Source: Proteobacteria bacterium UBA6156 | GTDB taxonomy: Bacteria; Pseudomonadota; Alphaproteobacteria; UBA2136; UBA6156 | Assembly: GCA_002422365.1 (NCBI GenBank) | Contig: DIUO01000010.1 | Location: forward strand, 2,739 to 66,738 | DNA: 64,000 nucleotides | Direction of reading: 5' to 3' | Part shown: positions 17,775 through 28,203 of the stretch, piece by piece | Position numbering within the stretch: position 1 is the stretch's first letter | Layout: each line of letters starts with the position of its first letter | Position numbers and translations under genes: made by a program | The notes under the pieces: generated by a model | The model's database searches: none | What the model was told of the DNA's origin: nothing | What the model saw: only the letters and a program-made list of their open reading frames with translations

Positions 17775-18737
17775 ATGCGCTTCATTATTCTCACCCGGTT
17801 CCACTCCCAGCACGCACAGGGAGAATTCGTGGTGAGGCTCGCCGCCGCCGCCACCCAACTCGGCCACACCTTCAGCATCATTAACCCCGCCGATATTTAC
17901 CTCGACTTCGCCCAGGCCCCCAACCCCGCCCGTGGCAGTGCCAGCCTGCCAGAAAGCCCCGTCCGCTGGCGCGACCTTCCTTTCCCCGCCTCGGACCTCA
18001 TCCTCCCCATCGCCCGCTGGGACGACGAATTCACCTGGCAGATTGTCGAAACCCTCCGCGCCTGGGGCCAGCGCGTTTACCCCCACAACCGCGTCCCGCT
18101 AGGAGACCACGTCACCATGGCGCGCCTCTTTGCCCGCCGCAACATTCCCACCCCCCGCAGCTGGGTGCTGAACAATGCCGAGCAATTTACGGTCATCATG
18201 CCGGAGCTCAATTTTCCCTGCCTCATCCGCAGCCGCCACGGTGGCCGTGGCCGCCAGTTCAACATCGCCCAACACTCGGGCGAGGGGCTGGAGCTCGCCT
18301 CCAAATTCAGCCAGGTCGGCCAACCGTTTGTGGTGCAAGACCTCCCCCAACCCTGGGGAGAAGACGTCCGCATCATGCTCATCGGCAGCCAGGTGGCGGC
18401 ATCCGTGCTGCGCCGCGCCCCCGTGGGCTTTGTCCGGCCGAGGGAATCCGGCAACCTCAGCGCCACGCCCACCGAACTCTCCCCGCAAGAAAAAGAACTC
18501 GCCATGCAGGCCGCCTCCATCTACGGCGCGCCGTTCAGCGCCGTCAGCCTGCTGCGCACAACCTCAGGCCCCATTTTGCTCGAGCTCGCCCGGGCCCCGG
18601 TCTTATCCGAAATGGAAACCGCCACCGGCGTCAACCTCGCCCTGCCGATTATCGAACATCTGGCCGCCCTGGCAGGCATCACCCCCACTGCTGGCGGAGA
18701 AAACGTCATCCCCCTGGCCGCCCGCCAAGCCGAATAA
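17775..18737 (+). CDS. RimK-like ATP-grasp ligase
   Basis: 320 aa. ATP-grasp layout (FPCLIRSRHGGRGRQF, FVVQDL, EDVRIMLIG, LELARAP). Confidence 0.7.
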   Translation: MRFIILTRFHSQHAQGEFVVRLAAAATQLGHTFSIINPADIYLDFAQAPNPARGSASLPESPVRWRDLPFPASDLILPIARWDDEFTWQIVETLRAWGQRVYPHNRVPLGDHVTMARLFARRNIPTPRSWVLNNAEQFTVIMPELNFPCLIRSRHGGRGRQFNIAQHSGEGLELASKFSQVGQPFVVQDLPQPWGEDVRIMLIGSQVAASVLRRAPVGFVRPRESGNLSATPTELSPQEKELAMQAASIYGAPFSAVSLLRTTSGPILLELARAPVLSEMETATGVNLALPIIEHLAALAGITPTAGGENVIPLAARQAE

Positions 18738-18866
18738 ACCCCCGCAGTCTCCCACTGCCCGTAAAACTGCCACACCCGCCGCCGCTCCGGCGCATTTTCG
18801 CACAGCCATCCTTGCCCAACACCCCGTATCCCGCTAATCTAGTGCGGTCATTAGTAAGAAAAAGCC

Positions 18867-19247
18867 ATGGAAACTCTCACCAATCTCATCGTCCCGCACC
18901 CCTACCTCGCCATTCTGCTGTTTGCGGGCGTGGCCTTGGGTTTGGCGGCGGTGTTGCAGGCCATTCCGTTCCTCACCCACCCCATGCGCCGTGGTAAGGA
19001 GAAAATCTCCGCCTACGAATCCGGCTTCGAAGCCTTCGACACCGCCCGCCGCACGTTCGATGTCCGCTTCTACCTCGTCGCCATCCTCTTCATCATCTTC
19101 GACCTCGAAGTCGCCTTCCTCTTCCCCTTCGCCATGGTCATCCAAGACATCTCCTGGTTCGGCTTCGGCAGCGTGATGCTGTTCCTCACCGTCCTCACCA
19201 TTGGGTTTGTGTATGAATGGAAACAAGGCGCATTAGAGTGGGAATAA
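18867..19247 (+). CDS. nuoA: NADH-quinone oxidoreductase subunit A
   Basis: 126 aa. YESGFEAFDTARRTFDVRFYLVAILFIIFDLEVAFLFP is canonical NuoA. Confidence 0.92.
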   Translation: METLTNLIVPHPYLAILLFAGVALGLAAVLQAIPFLTHPMRRGKEKISAYESGFEAFDTARRTFDVRFYLVAILFIIFDLEVAFLFPFAMVIQDISWFGFGSVMLFLTVLTIGFVYEWKQGALEWE

Positions 19248-19696
19248 GCGTTCGACTCGTCACGAGAGATTTTTTGCCAAAAGTGCATGCTTTTTTGAGA
19301 GCCACAAACAATGGCAAAGAAGCTGATATTGCAGATGCAAATCTTGCAGTTGCTGCTGCAGATATTCCGCGTAAGCCTCGTTTTGTAATGGCAACCACGC
19401 CCAACGATGAGATTGTTGGCGCTATGTGCTTTAATGAGGAATTTTTCTCGATAGATACATGGGGAATAAGCTGGTTAAATGTTCATGAAAATTATCGTTT
19501 GCAAGGTATAGCTTCACAAATGATTAAACTAGCTGTTAGCGAAATTCAAAAATGTTTGAATGGCAAAAAAGGTACTTTAATTTTGGTAACCTACCCGCAA
19601 AATACAAAGCTGTATGAAAAATTCGGTTTTGAAGTAATCGGACAAGACCACGAGAATGACAGTATTATGACAAAAGTTCTGGAGCCTTTATCATGA
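19217..19696 (+). CDS. GNAT-family N-acetyltransferase inserted between nuoA and nuoB (start uncertain)
   Basis: AT-rich. [22 protein letters not shown]...[10 protein letters not shown] is a GNAT core. Its stop overlaps the nuoB start (ATGA at 19693-19696). The ATG at 19217 overlaps the nuoA 3' end, and a GTG at 19238 is an alternative. Confidence 0.65.
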   Translation: METRRIRVGISVRLVTRDFLPKVHAFLRATNNGKEADIADANLAVAAADIPRKPRFVMATTPNDEIVGAMCFNEEFFSIDTWGISWLNVHENYRLQGIASQMIKLAVSEIQKCLNGKKGTLILVTYPQNTKLYEKFGFEVIGQDHENDSIMTKVLEPLS

Positions 19697-20283
19697 CCGA
19701 CCCCGCATCCATCCGCCAAGCCGGCGAAGCCCAAATGCAAGCCCAACTCCGCGACGAAGGCTTCCTCATCACCAAAGTCGAAGACGTCGTCAACTGGGCC
19801 CGCGCAGGTAGCCTCTGGCCGATGACCTTCGGCCTCGCCTGCTGCGCCGTAGAAATGATGCACAGCGCGGCCTCGCGGTACGACCTCGACCGCTTCGGCA
19901 CCATGTTCCGCCCGTCCCCCCGCCAGAGCGACCTCATGATCATCGCCGGCACCCTCACCAACAAAATGGCCCCGGCCCTGCGCAAGCTGTACGACCAAAT
20001 GCCCGAGCCCCGCTACGTCATTTCCATGGGCAGCTGCGCCAACGGCGGCGGCTACTACCACTTCTCCTACGCCGTGGTGCGCGGTGCCGACCGCATCGTG
20101 CCGGTGGATATTTATGTCCCCGGCTGCCCCCCCACAGCGGAAGCCTTGGTCTACGGCATCCTCCAACTGCAAAAGAAAATCCAGCGCCAACCCGTCTTCG
20201 TGCAACGGCCAGAATCCGCCCCCTACGCCTACGCCCCCGGCGAACCGCGCCCCTACAGCAAAGATGAAATGCACATCGGTTAA
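19693..20283 (+). CDS. nuoB: NADH-quinone oxidoreductase subunit B
   Basis: [16 protein letters not shown] and [17 protein letters not shown] motifs (N2 cluster ligands). Confidence 0.95.
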   Translation: MTDPASIRQAGEAQMQAQLRDEGFLITKVEDVVNWARAGSLWPMTFGLACCAVEMMHSAASRYDLDRFGTMFRPSPRQSDLMIIAGTLTNKMAPALRKLYDQMPEPRYVISMGSCANGGGYYHFSYAVVRGADRIVPVDIYVPGCPPTAEALVYGILQLQKKIQRQPVFVQRPESAPYAYAPGEPRPYSKDEMHIG

Positions 20284-20293
20284 ACCCGAAGTC

Positions 20294-20327
20294 AAAAAAA
20301 AACACGAAACACGAAACACGAAAACAC
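20294..20327 (+). repeat. Family D CA-rich microsatellite (D2)
   Basis: AAAAAAAAACACGAAACACGAAACACGAAAACAC ends 6 nt before the nuoC ATG. Confidence 0.7.
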
Positions 20328-20333
20328 TCGGGC

Positions 20334-21041
20334 ATGACCACCACCCCCCACATCGACACCCACCTAGACCTCAAAGGCCTGCACACCATGGCCGACTATC
20401 TGGCCAAAAAGCTACCCCAAGCACAGCTGAGCATTGCCGTGAGAGAACTCACTCTCACCATCGCCCCAGAGCACATCCCCGCCGCCATCGCCCTCCTGAA
20501 GGACGACAAAAAACTGCAATTCACCCAGTTGATAGACCTCTGCGGAGTCGACTACCTCGGCACCAAACACCCGCACCCCACACGCTTTGCCGTGGTTTAC
20601 CAGCTGCTGTCTATGGCCCACAACCAGCGCCTCCGCGTCAAAACCTACGTTGCCGAAGCCAACCCCGACACCCGACACCCGATACCCGATACCCTCTCCG
20701 TGCCCACCGTAACCCACCTTCACGCCAGCGCGGGCTGGTACGAGCGCGAAACCTACGACATGTACGGCATCAATTTCGTGGGCCACCCAGACCTCCGCCG
20801 CCTGCTCACCGACTACGACTTCGTCGGCCACCCTCTGCGGAAGGACTTCCCCCTGGAAGGCCACGTCGAAGTCTACTACGACGCGAAGGAAAAGCGCGTC
20901 GCCTACAAACCGGTCGACCTTCCTCAGGAACTTCGGCGCTTCGACAACGTTAGTGAATGGCAAGGCGCCACCGGCAATGCCGGGCGCGCTGCTGCCGACA
21001 ATACATTCACCAACTCGTACAATCCCGACGAGTTCAAATAA
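20334..21041 (+). CDS. nuoC: NADH-quinone oxidoreductase subunit C
   Basis: AGWYERETYDMYGINFVGHPDLRRLLTDY and LRKDFPL motifs. Confidence 0.92.
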   Translation: MTTTPHIDTHLDLKGLHTMADYLAKKLPQAQLSIAVRELTLTIAPEHIPAAIALLKDDKKLQFTQLIDLCGVDYLGTKHPHPTRFAVVYQLLSMAHNQRLRVKTYVAEANPDTRHPIPDTLSVPTVTHLHASAGWYERETYDMYGINFVGHPDLRRLLTDYDFVGHPLRKDFPLEGHVEVYYDAKEKRVAYKPVDLPQELRRFDNVSEWQGATGNAGRAAADNTFTNSYNPDEFK

Positions 21042-21062
21042 GCGACTTGAGGAGACCGAACT

Positions 21063-21272
21063 ATGACGTTTTTGACCGCACCCGACCCCGCCGACACCGA
21101 AGCCCACGCCGAACGTATGAAAGAAGAAATGGAAGCCAAACGCGCGGCCGAGCTCGAAGCCGAGCACGAAAACATGATGGAGTTTGCCCGCCGCGCCGCC
21201 CGCAAGCGAGAAGCTGTCGACGAACAACCTTACATTGAAGACAAAGACCTCGCATTCCTGAAAGGCAAATAG
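21063..21272 (+). CDS. small charged hypothetical protein (69 aa)
   Basis: ATG ORF 21 nt after nuoC. Glu/Lys/Ala-rich and helical. No family recognised. Confidence 0.4.
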   Translation: MTFLTAPDPADTEAHAERMKEEMEAKRAAELEAEHENMMEFARRAARKREAVDEQPYIEDKDLAFLKGK

Positions 21273-21306
21273 TCCCAGCCAAAAGTCCTAGCTAAAAGTC
21301 CTAGTT
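21267..21306 (+). repeat. Three tandem ~13-bp units (AAAAGTCCTAGCT-like)
   Basis: AAATAGTCCCAGCC, AAAAGTCCTAGCT and AAAAGTCCTAGTT read directly from the sequence. Confidence 0.6.
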
Positions 21307-21361
21307 AAGAGGACAAAGCAAAGAGCGAGACAACACCCCCAACCTGGGTTAGCATAGCCTT

Positions 21362-21547
21362 ATGGGTATGTTCTGGAATCTCTATAAACGAATGCTGCCG
21401 GGCGATGCACAGACCATGCTGGCCTGGATAGAAAAAGAAGTGAAAGCAGGCCGCATGAGCGAGGCCGAAGCCGAGCGCCAACGCGCCGAGCTGGAGCAAA
21501 GCCTCCACAAGGTGCTAAGTGCCGAAGAGGACAAGGACAAGTCCTAA
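21362..21547 (+). CDS. small hypothetical protein (61 aa)
   Basis: Its stop overlaps the next ATG (TAATG at 21545-21549), which suggests translational coupling with the MazG-like gene. Confidence 0.4.
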   Translation: MGMFWNLYKRMLPGDAQTMLAWIEKEVKAGRMSEAEAERQRAELEQSLHKVLSAEEDKDKS

Positions 21548-21939
21548 TGCCGCGCTTCCGCACCAACCTGCTCATTCGGGATAACCGCCCGCAGCTGTTT
21601 GCAGCTGCGGGCGCAACGGTGCACACCCGTACCCTTACCGATGCCGAATTTGCAGCCGAGCTGCGTAACAAGCTGATAGAAGAAGCCCAAGAAGCCGCCA
21701 CAGCCCCCACCGAAAACCTGACCAAAGAGCTGGCCGACGTGCTGGAAATCCTGCAAACTCTTGCCGCCCACCATGGTATAAGCATGCAAGATGTCGAGGC
21801 CCAGATGCACGCCACCCGTGCCAAACTTGGCGGGTTCGAACATCGGATCTTCTCCGAAAGCATTGAAGCACCAGAAGATAACGAAACCACAACCTACCAC
21901 CGCCAATACCCGCATAAATACCCGGAAATACAAGAATAA
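21547..21939 (+). CDS. all-alpha NTP pyrophosphohydrolase (MazG/PRA-PH-like)
   Basis: [10 protein letters not shown]..., [28 protein letters not shown] and [12 protein letters not shown] match the KLVRD..EE..E..ElaDvlEv...RGgF pattern. Confidence 0.6.
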   Translation: MPRFRTNLLIRDNRPQLFAAAGATVHTRTLTDAEFAAELRNKLIEEAQEAATAPTENLTKELADVLEILQTLAAHHGISMQDVEAQMHATRAKLGGFEHRIFSESIEAPEDNETTTYHRQYPHKYPEIQE

Positions 21940-21953
21940 GCGAAACCTCCCCC

Positions 21954-23249
21954 ATGTCCGCCACCCCCGCCCAAGCCGCCCCCAAAACAGTGCTCGAAAC
22001 CACCCTGCCGCAAAGCCCCATCAGCGCCCAGCGCAGTATGGATAGCCAACCCCATGGCGCCCCCGGCGCCAATACTCCATTCACCCTCAACTTCGGCCCC
22101 CAACACCCCTCCGCCCACGGCGTGCTGCGCCTGGTGCTAGAGATGGAAGGCGAGGTAATTACCCGCGCCGACCCCCACATCGGCCTCCTCCACCGTGGCA
22201 CCGAGAAACTCATCGAACACAAAACCTACATTCAGGCGCTCCCATATTTCGACCGCCTCGATTACGTCAGCATGATGTGCCAAGAGCACGTCTGGTGCCT
22301 CGCCACCGAAAAACTGCTGGGGATCGAAATTCCCAAACGCGCCCAATATATCCGCGTGTTGTTCTCCGAGCTCACGCGCATCGCCAACCACCTCCTCTGG
22401 CTCGGCTGCCACGCGCTAGATATCGGCGCTATGGCCGTGATGTTGTATAGCTTTAAGGAACGTGAATATCTCTATGACTTCTCAGAAGAAGTATCCGGCG
22501 CCCGCATGCACGCCAACTACTTCCGCCCGGGCGGCGTCAACCGAGACCTCCCCGAAGGCCTCACCACCAAAATCGCCAAATGGAACGATAATTTCGAGAA
22601 AAACATCATCGGGATGCTCGAAACCCTGCTCGACGATAACCGCATCTGGAAGCAACGCACCGTCGGCATCGGCGTGGTCACACCGGATGAAGCGCAAGAG
22701 TGGGGCTTCACCGGCCCCATGCTGCGCGGCAGCGGCATAGAGTGGGACCTCCGCAAGTCCCAACCGTATGAATGCTACCCCGAACTCGACTTTGCCGTCC
22801 CCGTCGGCCAGAACGGCGACTGCTACGACCGCTACCTCATCCGCATGGAAGAAATGAAGCAATCGGTGCACCTCATCCGCCAGTGCCTGGCTAAACTGGA
22901 GGGCGAACTCAAAGGCCAACCCTGCAAAATCCAGAACTTCAAAATCTCGCCTCCCGCGCGCAATGGCATGAAGTCCAGCATGGAAGACCTCATCCACCAC
23001 TTCAAATACTACACCGAGGGCTTCCACGTCCCGGCGGGAGAAGTCTATGCGGCCATAGAAGCCCCCAAAGGCGAAATGGGCGTGTTTTTGGTGTCCGATG
23101 ACGGCCCCAAACCCTGGCGCGTCAAAATCCGCGCCCCCGGCTACGCCCACCTTCAGGGGCTAGACTTCATGTCCAAAGGCCACCTGTTAGCCGACGTCAC
23201 AACCCTCATCGGCACCACCGACATCGTCTTCGGAGACATCGACCGCTAA
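21954..23249 (+). CDS. nuoD: NADH-quinone oxidoreductase subunit D
   Basis: [23 protein letters not shown]...[10 protein letters not shown] start at 22038 (MDSQPH) is an alternative that would remove a ~28-aa extension. Confidence 0.95.
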   Translation: MSATPAQAAPKTVLETTLPQSPISAQRSMDSQPHGAPGANTPFTLNFGPQHPSAHGVLRLVLEMEGEVITRADPHIGLLHRGTEKLIEHKTYIQALPYFDRLDYVSMMCQEHVWCLATEKLLGIEIPKRAQYIRVLFSELTRIANHLLWLGCHALDIGAMAVMLYSFKEREYLYDFSEEVSGARMHANYFRPGGVNRDLPEGLTTKIAKWNDNFEKNIIGMLETLLDDNRIWKQRTVGIGVVTPDEAQEWGFTGPMLRGSGIEWDLRKSQPYECYPELDFAVPVGQNGDCYDRYLIRMEEMKQSVHLIRQCLAKLEGELKGQPCKIQNFKISPPARNGMKSSMEDLIHHFKYYTEGFHVPAGEVYAAIEAPKGEMGVFLVSDDGPKPWRVKIRAPGYAHLQGLDFMSKGHLLADVTTLIGTTDIVFGDIDR

Positions 23250-23794
23250 TGTCCACCATCATCCTCCACGGCGGCCGCACGTCAATCAGCAATCCTTCTA
23301 ATCAGGCTTTCTACAAACTCATGGCCAGCCATGTGCCTCCCGGCGGCACTTGGCTGGGCTGCTACTTTGCCCGGCTGGAAGAAACGGAAGCGCTAAAATT
23401 CCCAGAAGATGCCGCCAAACTCCGCGCCGCCGCCGACCATGAAGTGAATATCGAACTCGCAACCGCCGATAATTTTATTCAACAGCTTCAGTCGGCCAGC
23501 GTCGTCTATTTCGCAGGCGGTAGTACCGAAGGTCTGCTCAACCAACTCTCCCATTGGCCAAATGTGCGCGAACATCTCCTGAAAGTCCCCGTCCTCGCTG
23601 GCTCCTCGGCGGGGATGATCATGCTCGGCCTCAGCGGGGTCGGCAACAAGGGCATTTACCAGGGCCTCGGTATCGTGCCGTTCCATATGCGCGTCCATCA
23701 CGGGCACCCAGACTACGCCCTGGCCGATGCCACCCCGCTCCCCACCCCAACCCTGGCGCTGGAAGAATCCCAATTCATCCAAATCTCAATCTAA
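23249..23794 (+). CDS. peptidase S51 (dipeptidase E)-like protein
   Basis: Its start overlaps the nuoD stop (TAATG). VVYFAGGSTEGLLNQL and VLAGSSAGMIMLG resemble the S51 GGNT and SAG motifs. Confidence 0.6.
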   Translation: MSTIILHGGRTSISNPSNQAFYKLMASHVPPGGTWLGCYFARLEETEALKFPEDAAKLRAAADHEVNIELATADNFIQQLQSASVVYFAGGSTEGLLNQLSHWPNVREHLLKVPVLAGSSAGMIMLGLSGVGNKGIYQGLGIVPFHMRVHHGHPDYALADATPLPTPTLALEESQFIQISI

Positions 23795-23809
23795 ATCGAG
23801 CTATTCTTC

Positions 23810-24562
23810 ATGACCGAAACCACCTGGACCCTCCCCACACCCGACGGCAAAACCATCTACGGCGTCACCAACAGCAGCGGGGCAGGGGCCACAGCCGCCA
23901 TCTTCATGGTGCACGGCTTCACCGGCAACATGTATCAATATCCTTTTAAGCGTGCTGCCGATTTCCTCAGCGCAAAGGGTTACGATGTTTATCGGTTCAA
24001 TCTGTACGATGGGCGAAAGGGAGGCCGCAACCTGATTGACTGCACGTTACTGACTCACGCTGAAGATTTGAATACGATTATGGCAAAATTTGGTCCGGGC
24101 TATACCCAAAACTTTGTAATTGGCCACAGCTATGGCGGCCCCACTATCATGTTGGCTAACCCCCAAAACATCACAGCGGCTAGTCTTTGGGATCCTTCCT
24201 ATAACATCACGCAAATGAATAAGGATTTACCCGACTCTATCACCAAGATAGGCGGCCATCTCATTCTAAATGTGGGCATATCCTATGTGCTCAGTTCATC
24301 TATGGAAGAACATGCCGGAACCCTCGACGAACCCGCCTGCATTAAACTAGCCGAAGCCTTCAACGCCCCCGTCCAAGTCGTGCTGGCCGGAGACGGCTAC
24401 TACGTCAAGCAATCACACAGCTACCACTCCCACGGCAAGCCCGAAAACCTCGCCAAAAACCGCCAAGACGTCGTCCCCGGCACCACCCATTGCTTCCACG
24501 AAGCCGACACCTGCGAAGTGCTCCTCGCCAAAACCCACGCCTTCTTCCAGCAATTCCTCTAA
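23810..24562 (+). CDS. alpha/beta-fold hydrolase
   Basis: Nucleophile elbow GHSYGG, an upstream HGFTGN, and a C-terminal HCFHE. The middle of the gene is AT-rich. Confidence 0.75.
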   Translation: MTETTWTLPTPDGKTIYGVTNSSGAGATAAIFMVHGFTGNMYQYPFKRAADFLSAKGYDVYRFNLYDGRKGGRNLIDCTLLTHAEDLNTIMAKFGPGYTQNFVIGHSYGGPTIMLANPQNITAASLWDPSYNITQMNKDLPDSITKIGGHLILNVGISYVLSSSMEEHAGTLDEPACIKLAEAFNAPVQVVLAGDGYYVKQSHSYHSHGKPENLAKNRQDVVPGTTHCFHEADTCEVLLAKTHAFFQQFL

Positions 24563-24569
24563 GCTCAAT

Positions 24570-24603
24570 CCTGTTCACTGTTACCTGTTCTCTGTTCACT
24601 AAC
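24570..24603 (-). repeat. Family D-like 7-mer microsatellite in reverse orientation (D12)
   Basis: CCTGTTCACTGTTACCTGTTCTCTGTTCACTAAC (CTGTTNN units). Its complement resembles the TGAACAC units at 62040. Confidence 0.4.
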
Positions 24604-24687
24604 TTGCCACACCCGCAGGCACCATAACGCGCAAAACAGGGCAGGGGGGCTGCCAAAAGCCCCCATTTGGTTTAAGAATTCTCCATC

Positions 24688-25191
24688 ATGAAGCTCACAT
24701 TCCTGCTCAGCTCAGCCTTGGCGCTTGCGGCGTTCGCAACCTCGTTGGCGTATGCCGAAAAACAGGCCATATGCAAAAAATTTTGCGGAGAAGAAGGCGC
24801 GCTCGTCTGTTGCCCAGGTGAATTTGGTTTCACCGATGACATTACCTCCAGCTATGAAACCCCCGCCCAGCGCTGCCAAACCATCCTGAATCAACCGGCG
24901 GTAGACCTCGACTCCTCGCTGTTAGACGAATTGAAAACCTGCAAGAATGTCGCGAAGCAGGAGAAAGAAGCCGCCGACGCCGAAGCCAAAGCCCTGGCCG
25001 AGCTGGAGGCCGAAAAAGCCAAACTGCGCAAAGAGAAAGCCCAGGCACAGGCCCAGCAGCAACCCCAACCCCAGCCACCCGCACAACCCGCCCCGGCCCA
25101 ACCGGCGCCCAATTTTGTCAACTTCACCAACTTCGGCGCCCAACCCGGAGAAATGCCGCTCATCCAAGACCCCTACAGCCAAAGCCAGTAA
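24688..25191 (+). CDS. secreted protein: Cys-rich N-domain, coiled coil, Gln/Pro-rich tail
   Basis: Signal peptide MKLTFLLSSALALAAFATSLAYA. EAKALAELEAEKAKLRKEKAQAQAQQQPQPQPPAQPAPAQPAP. Confidence 0.6.
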   Translation: MKLTFLLSSALALAAFATSLAYAEKQAICKKFCGEEGALVCCPGEFGFTDDITSSYETPAQRCQTILNQPAVDLDSSLLDELKTCKNVAKQEKEAADAEAKALAELEAEKAKLRKEKAQAQAQQQPQPQPPAQPAPAQPAPNFVNFTNFGAQPGEMPLIQDPYSQSQ

Positions 25192-25196
25192 CCCCC

Positions 25197-25850
25197 ATGC
25201 CCACCATCCGCCAGGTTAAAATCGAACCCAACGCCACCGAAGTCGGCCAAACCCCGCACACCCTGGGGCTTAACCTGGGCTGGAGCAAAACCGAGCAAGA
25301 GGCCGTAGAGCGTACCCTCGCCAAATACCCCGCCACCCAGCAGCGCAGCGCGGTTATTCCGCTGTTGCATCTGGCCCAGCGTAAGTGCGGCGGCTGGCTG
25401 CCGGTAGACGCCATGCAACTGGTCGCCGATACCCTCAGCCTCCCTTACATCCGCGTGTACGAGGTCGCCACTTTCTACACCATGTTCAACCTCCAACCCG
25501 TCGGCACCCACCACGTGCAGGTCTGCACCAACTGCGCCTGCCTCATTCGCGGTAGCGACGCCATTGTCAGCGCCGTCAAACACACCACTGGGGTCGCCCA
25601 TAACGGAGAAACCTCCGCCGACGGCCAATTCACCCTGACAGAAGTCGAATGCCTCGGCGCCTGCGTCGCCGCCCCCATGATGCAAATTAGTATAGGCACG
25701 GGGGGCACCCACTACTACACCCACCTCACGCCGGAAAAAACTACCGAAATCCTCACTCACCTCGCCAACGGCGGCGACCCCGCAAAATACGCCGACACCG
25801 CCCCCACAGCCGAGTCCGACCCCATCCACAACGGCAAATACGGGGCCTAA
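25197..25850 (+). CDS. nuoE: NADH-quinone oxidoreductase subunit E
   Basis: VYEVATFYTMFNLQPVG, HVQVCTNCACLIRG and ECLGACVAAPM (2Fe-2S ligands). Confidence 0.92.
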   Translation: MPTIRQVKIEPNATEVGQTPHTLGLNLGWSKTEQEAVERTLAKYPATQQRSAVIPLLHLAQRKCGGWLPVDAMQLVADTLSLPYIRVYEVATFYTMFNLQPVGTHHVQVCTNCACLIRGSDAIVSAVKHTTGVAHNGETSADGQFTLTEVECLGACVAAPMMQISIGTGGTHYYTHLTPEKTTEILTHLANGGDPAKYADTAPTAESDPIHNGKYGA

Positions 25851-25855
25851 ATCTC

Positions 25856-26173
25856 ATGAAAAACTTGCAGCAAGCCACCCTCGCACAACTTCAGGCCTAT
25901 GTGGCGGAAGTCGAGCTGCGCCGTGGCTTTGCCGCCGAAACGGTGCAAGATAAATGCCTGCTGCTGGCCGAAGAAGTCGGCGAACTCTGCAAAGCTATCC
26001 GCAAACATCATACCAGCATCACCACCGCCACCGATGCCAAGCCGCAAAATGTGGCCGAAGAACTGGCCGATGTGCTGATGTACGTCCTTGCCATCGCCAA
26101 CAAAACCGAAATCAACCTTGCCGAAGCGCTCATCGCCAAAGAAACCAAAAACGAACAGCGGAAGTGGGCATAG
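25856..26173 (+). CDS. MazG-domain nucleotide pyrophosphohydrolase (small)
   Basis: 105 aa. LLLAEEVGELCKAIRK and VAEELADVLMYVLAIAN (EExxE/ExxD metal motifs). Confidence 0.75.
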   Translation: MKNLQQATLAQLQAYVAEVELRRGFAAETVQDKCLLLAEEVGELCKAIRKHHTSITTATDAKPQNVAEELADVLMYVLAIANKTEINLAEALIAKETKNEQRKWA

Positions 26174-26175
26174 CG

Positions 26176-26586
26176 ATGCGTATCGAATATCTCGACACTC
26201 ACGACGAACGCAGCGATGAGTTGTTGTTGGGGCTGCGTCAATGGAACAAGGATCGTGGATTCGAAGCCAAACCCAGCAAGTTCAGTGTAATGGCTTTTGA
26301 AGGTGATGTTCTTAAAGGTGGTGCCAGAGGCATTATTGAATTTAACTGGATGTTTATCCAGACAATGTATGTAAAAGAGCGGCTTAACGGGCTCGGCACC
26401 CGTATCTTGAAAGAAGTCGAAACCCATGCTCGTGCGCAGGGTATAACTGGAATTTCATTACTTACTGTCGATAAACAGGCTCCAGGTTTTTACCAAAAAA
26501 CCGGTTTTAAAAATTTTGCTACAATACCTGATTTTATAGATGGCCAAACCCGATATTATTTCATGAAGCGGCTGGATGGAAAATAA
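26176..26586 (+). CDS. GNAT-family N-acetyltransferase
   Basis: ATG at 26176, 2 nt after the MazG stop. MYVKERLNGLGTRILKEVETHARAQG...FYQKTGFKNF. AT-rich. Confidence 0.8.
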   Translation: MRIEYLDTHDERSDELLLGLRQWNKDRGFEAKPSKFSVMAFEGDVLKGGARGIIEFNWMFIQTMYVKERLNGLGTRILKEVETHARAQGITGISLLTVDKQAPGFYQKTGFKNFATIPDFIDGQTRYYFMKRLDGK

Positions 26587-26589
26587 GCC

Positions 26590-26871
26590 ATGAAACCCTT
26601 CATATCCTCATACCCTCTTATCCTCATATCCTGCGCCTTGGCGCTCGCCTCATGTGCCCAGTTCGGCGGCCGCATTGTTCAAACCGGCCCGGGCACCTAC
26701 CAAATCACCCACGTCATGTACGCCAACTCCCCCGTCAAAGGCGTGCGGCAGGGCGTAATCGACCGCGCCACCGCCAAATGCGAAAAACAGGGCCAAACCT
26801 ACCAAAAAATCCGCGAAGAAATGGGCACCGCCGGCGCCCTCAGCTACACCCTCATGTTCACCTGCAAGTAA
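26590..26871 (+). CDS. small lipoprotein
   Basis: Lipobox LALASC after a hydrophobic signal. 93 aa. Confidence 0.6.
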   Translation: MKPFISSYPLILISCALALASCAQFGGRIVQTGPGTYQITHVMYANSPVKGVRQGVIDRATAKCEKQGQTYQKIREEMGTAGALSYTLMFTCK

Positions 26872-26886
26872 CCAACAGTCCCCGTC

Positions 26887-28203
26887 ATGTCCACACTCCC
26901 TCGCCTCAAACCCGAAGACAAATGCTTCCCCAACCTGTGCGGCACAGCCGACTGGGGCATTAAGGGATACGAACAACGCGGCGGCTACAAAGGCCTCAAA
27001 AAACTCCTCCAAACCCCGCAAACCGAACATATCGAAAAACTCAAGCAATCCGGCCTGCGCGGGCGCGGCGGCGCGGGCTTCCCTACGGGGATGAAATGGT
27101 CGTTCATGCCCCAACCGAAGCTGGACGAACGCGGCAAACCCATCCCGCTCGCCAAGCCCAGCTACCTGGTGTGCAATGCCGACGAAGGCGAACCCGGAAC
27201 GTGTAAAGACAGAGACATCCTCCGCTTCGACCCCCACACGCTGGTCGAGGGCATGATCGTCGGCTGCTACACCCTCAACGCCAAAGTGGGCTACATTTAT
27301 GTGCGCGGAGAGTACTACGACGAAAGCAGCCACCTCCAGCAAGCCATTAACGAGGCCTACAAAGCAGGCTACCTCGGCAAAAACATCCTCGGCACGGGGG
27401 TCGATTGCGACATCCACGTCCACTTGGGGGCAGGGGCCTACATTTGCGGAGAAGAAACCGCACTGCTGGAGAGCTTGGAAGGCAAAAAAGGCCAGCCCCG
27501 CCTCAAGCCGCCGTTCCCTGCCGGGTTCGGCCTTTACGGCTGCCCCACCACCATTAACAATGTGGAAACCATTGCCCAAGTCCCTCCCATCCTCAAAAAT
27601 CCGCTGGAATGGTTCACCCGCTGGGGCCGCCCGGGCAACAGCGGCACCAAAATTTTCAGCATTTCCGGCAGCGTGCACAAGCCCTGTAATATCGAGGCCC
27701 CCATGTCCATCCCGCTGCGCGAACTGATCGATGAATACTGCGGCGGCGTCATCGGCGGCTGGGAGAACCTCCAAGCCATCATCCCCGGCGGCAGCAGCAC
27801 GCCCATGCTGAATGCCGAAACCGCCAGCCGCGTGTTAATGGACTTCGACGCCCTGAAGGCCGAAGGCACCGGCCTCGGCACCGCCGCCGTGGTGGTCATG
27901 AACAAGCAAGTCGATGTCCTCCGCGTCATGACCCGCATCGCCGCCTTCTACCACCACGAATCCTGCGGTCAGTGCACACCGTGCCGCGAGGGCGTTGGCT
28001 GGGTCCACCGCCTCATGGAGCGCCTCACCCACGGCGAAGGCACTCTGGCCGAAATCGACCAACTCTACGCCCTCACCAAAAAAATCGAAGGCCGCACCAT
28101 CTGCGCCTTTGCCGACGGCGCCATGTGGCCCACCCAAGGCACCCTCAAGCACTTCCGGCACCTCATAGAAGAACGCATCAAAACCAAACAGCCCGCCGCC
28201 TAA
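26887..28203 (+). CDS. nuoF: NADH-quinone oxidoreductase subunit F
   Basis: [26 protein letters not shown] and [12 protein letters not shown] motifs. Confidence 0.96.
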   Translation: MSTLPRLKPEDKCFPNLCGTADWGIKGYEQRGGYKGLKKLLQTPQTEHIEKLKQSGLRGRGGAGFPTGMKWSFMPQPKLDERGKPIPLAKPSYLVCNADEGEPGTCKDRDILRFDPHTLVEGMIVGCYTLNAKVGYIYVRGEYYDESSHLQQAINEAYKAGYLGKNILGTGVDCDIHVHLGAGAYICGEETALLESLEGKKGQPRLKPPFPAGFGLYGCPTTINNVETIAQVPPILKNPLEWFTRWGRPGNSGTKIFSISGSVHKPCNIEAPMSIPLRELIDEYCGGVIGGWENLQAIIPGGSSTPMLNAETASRVLMDFDALKAEGTGLGTAAVVVMNKQVDVLRVMTRIAAFYHHESCGQCTPCREGVGWVHRLMERLTHGEGTLAEIDQLYALTKKIEGRTICAFADGAMWPTQGTLKHFRHLIEERIKTKQPAA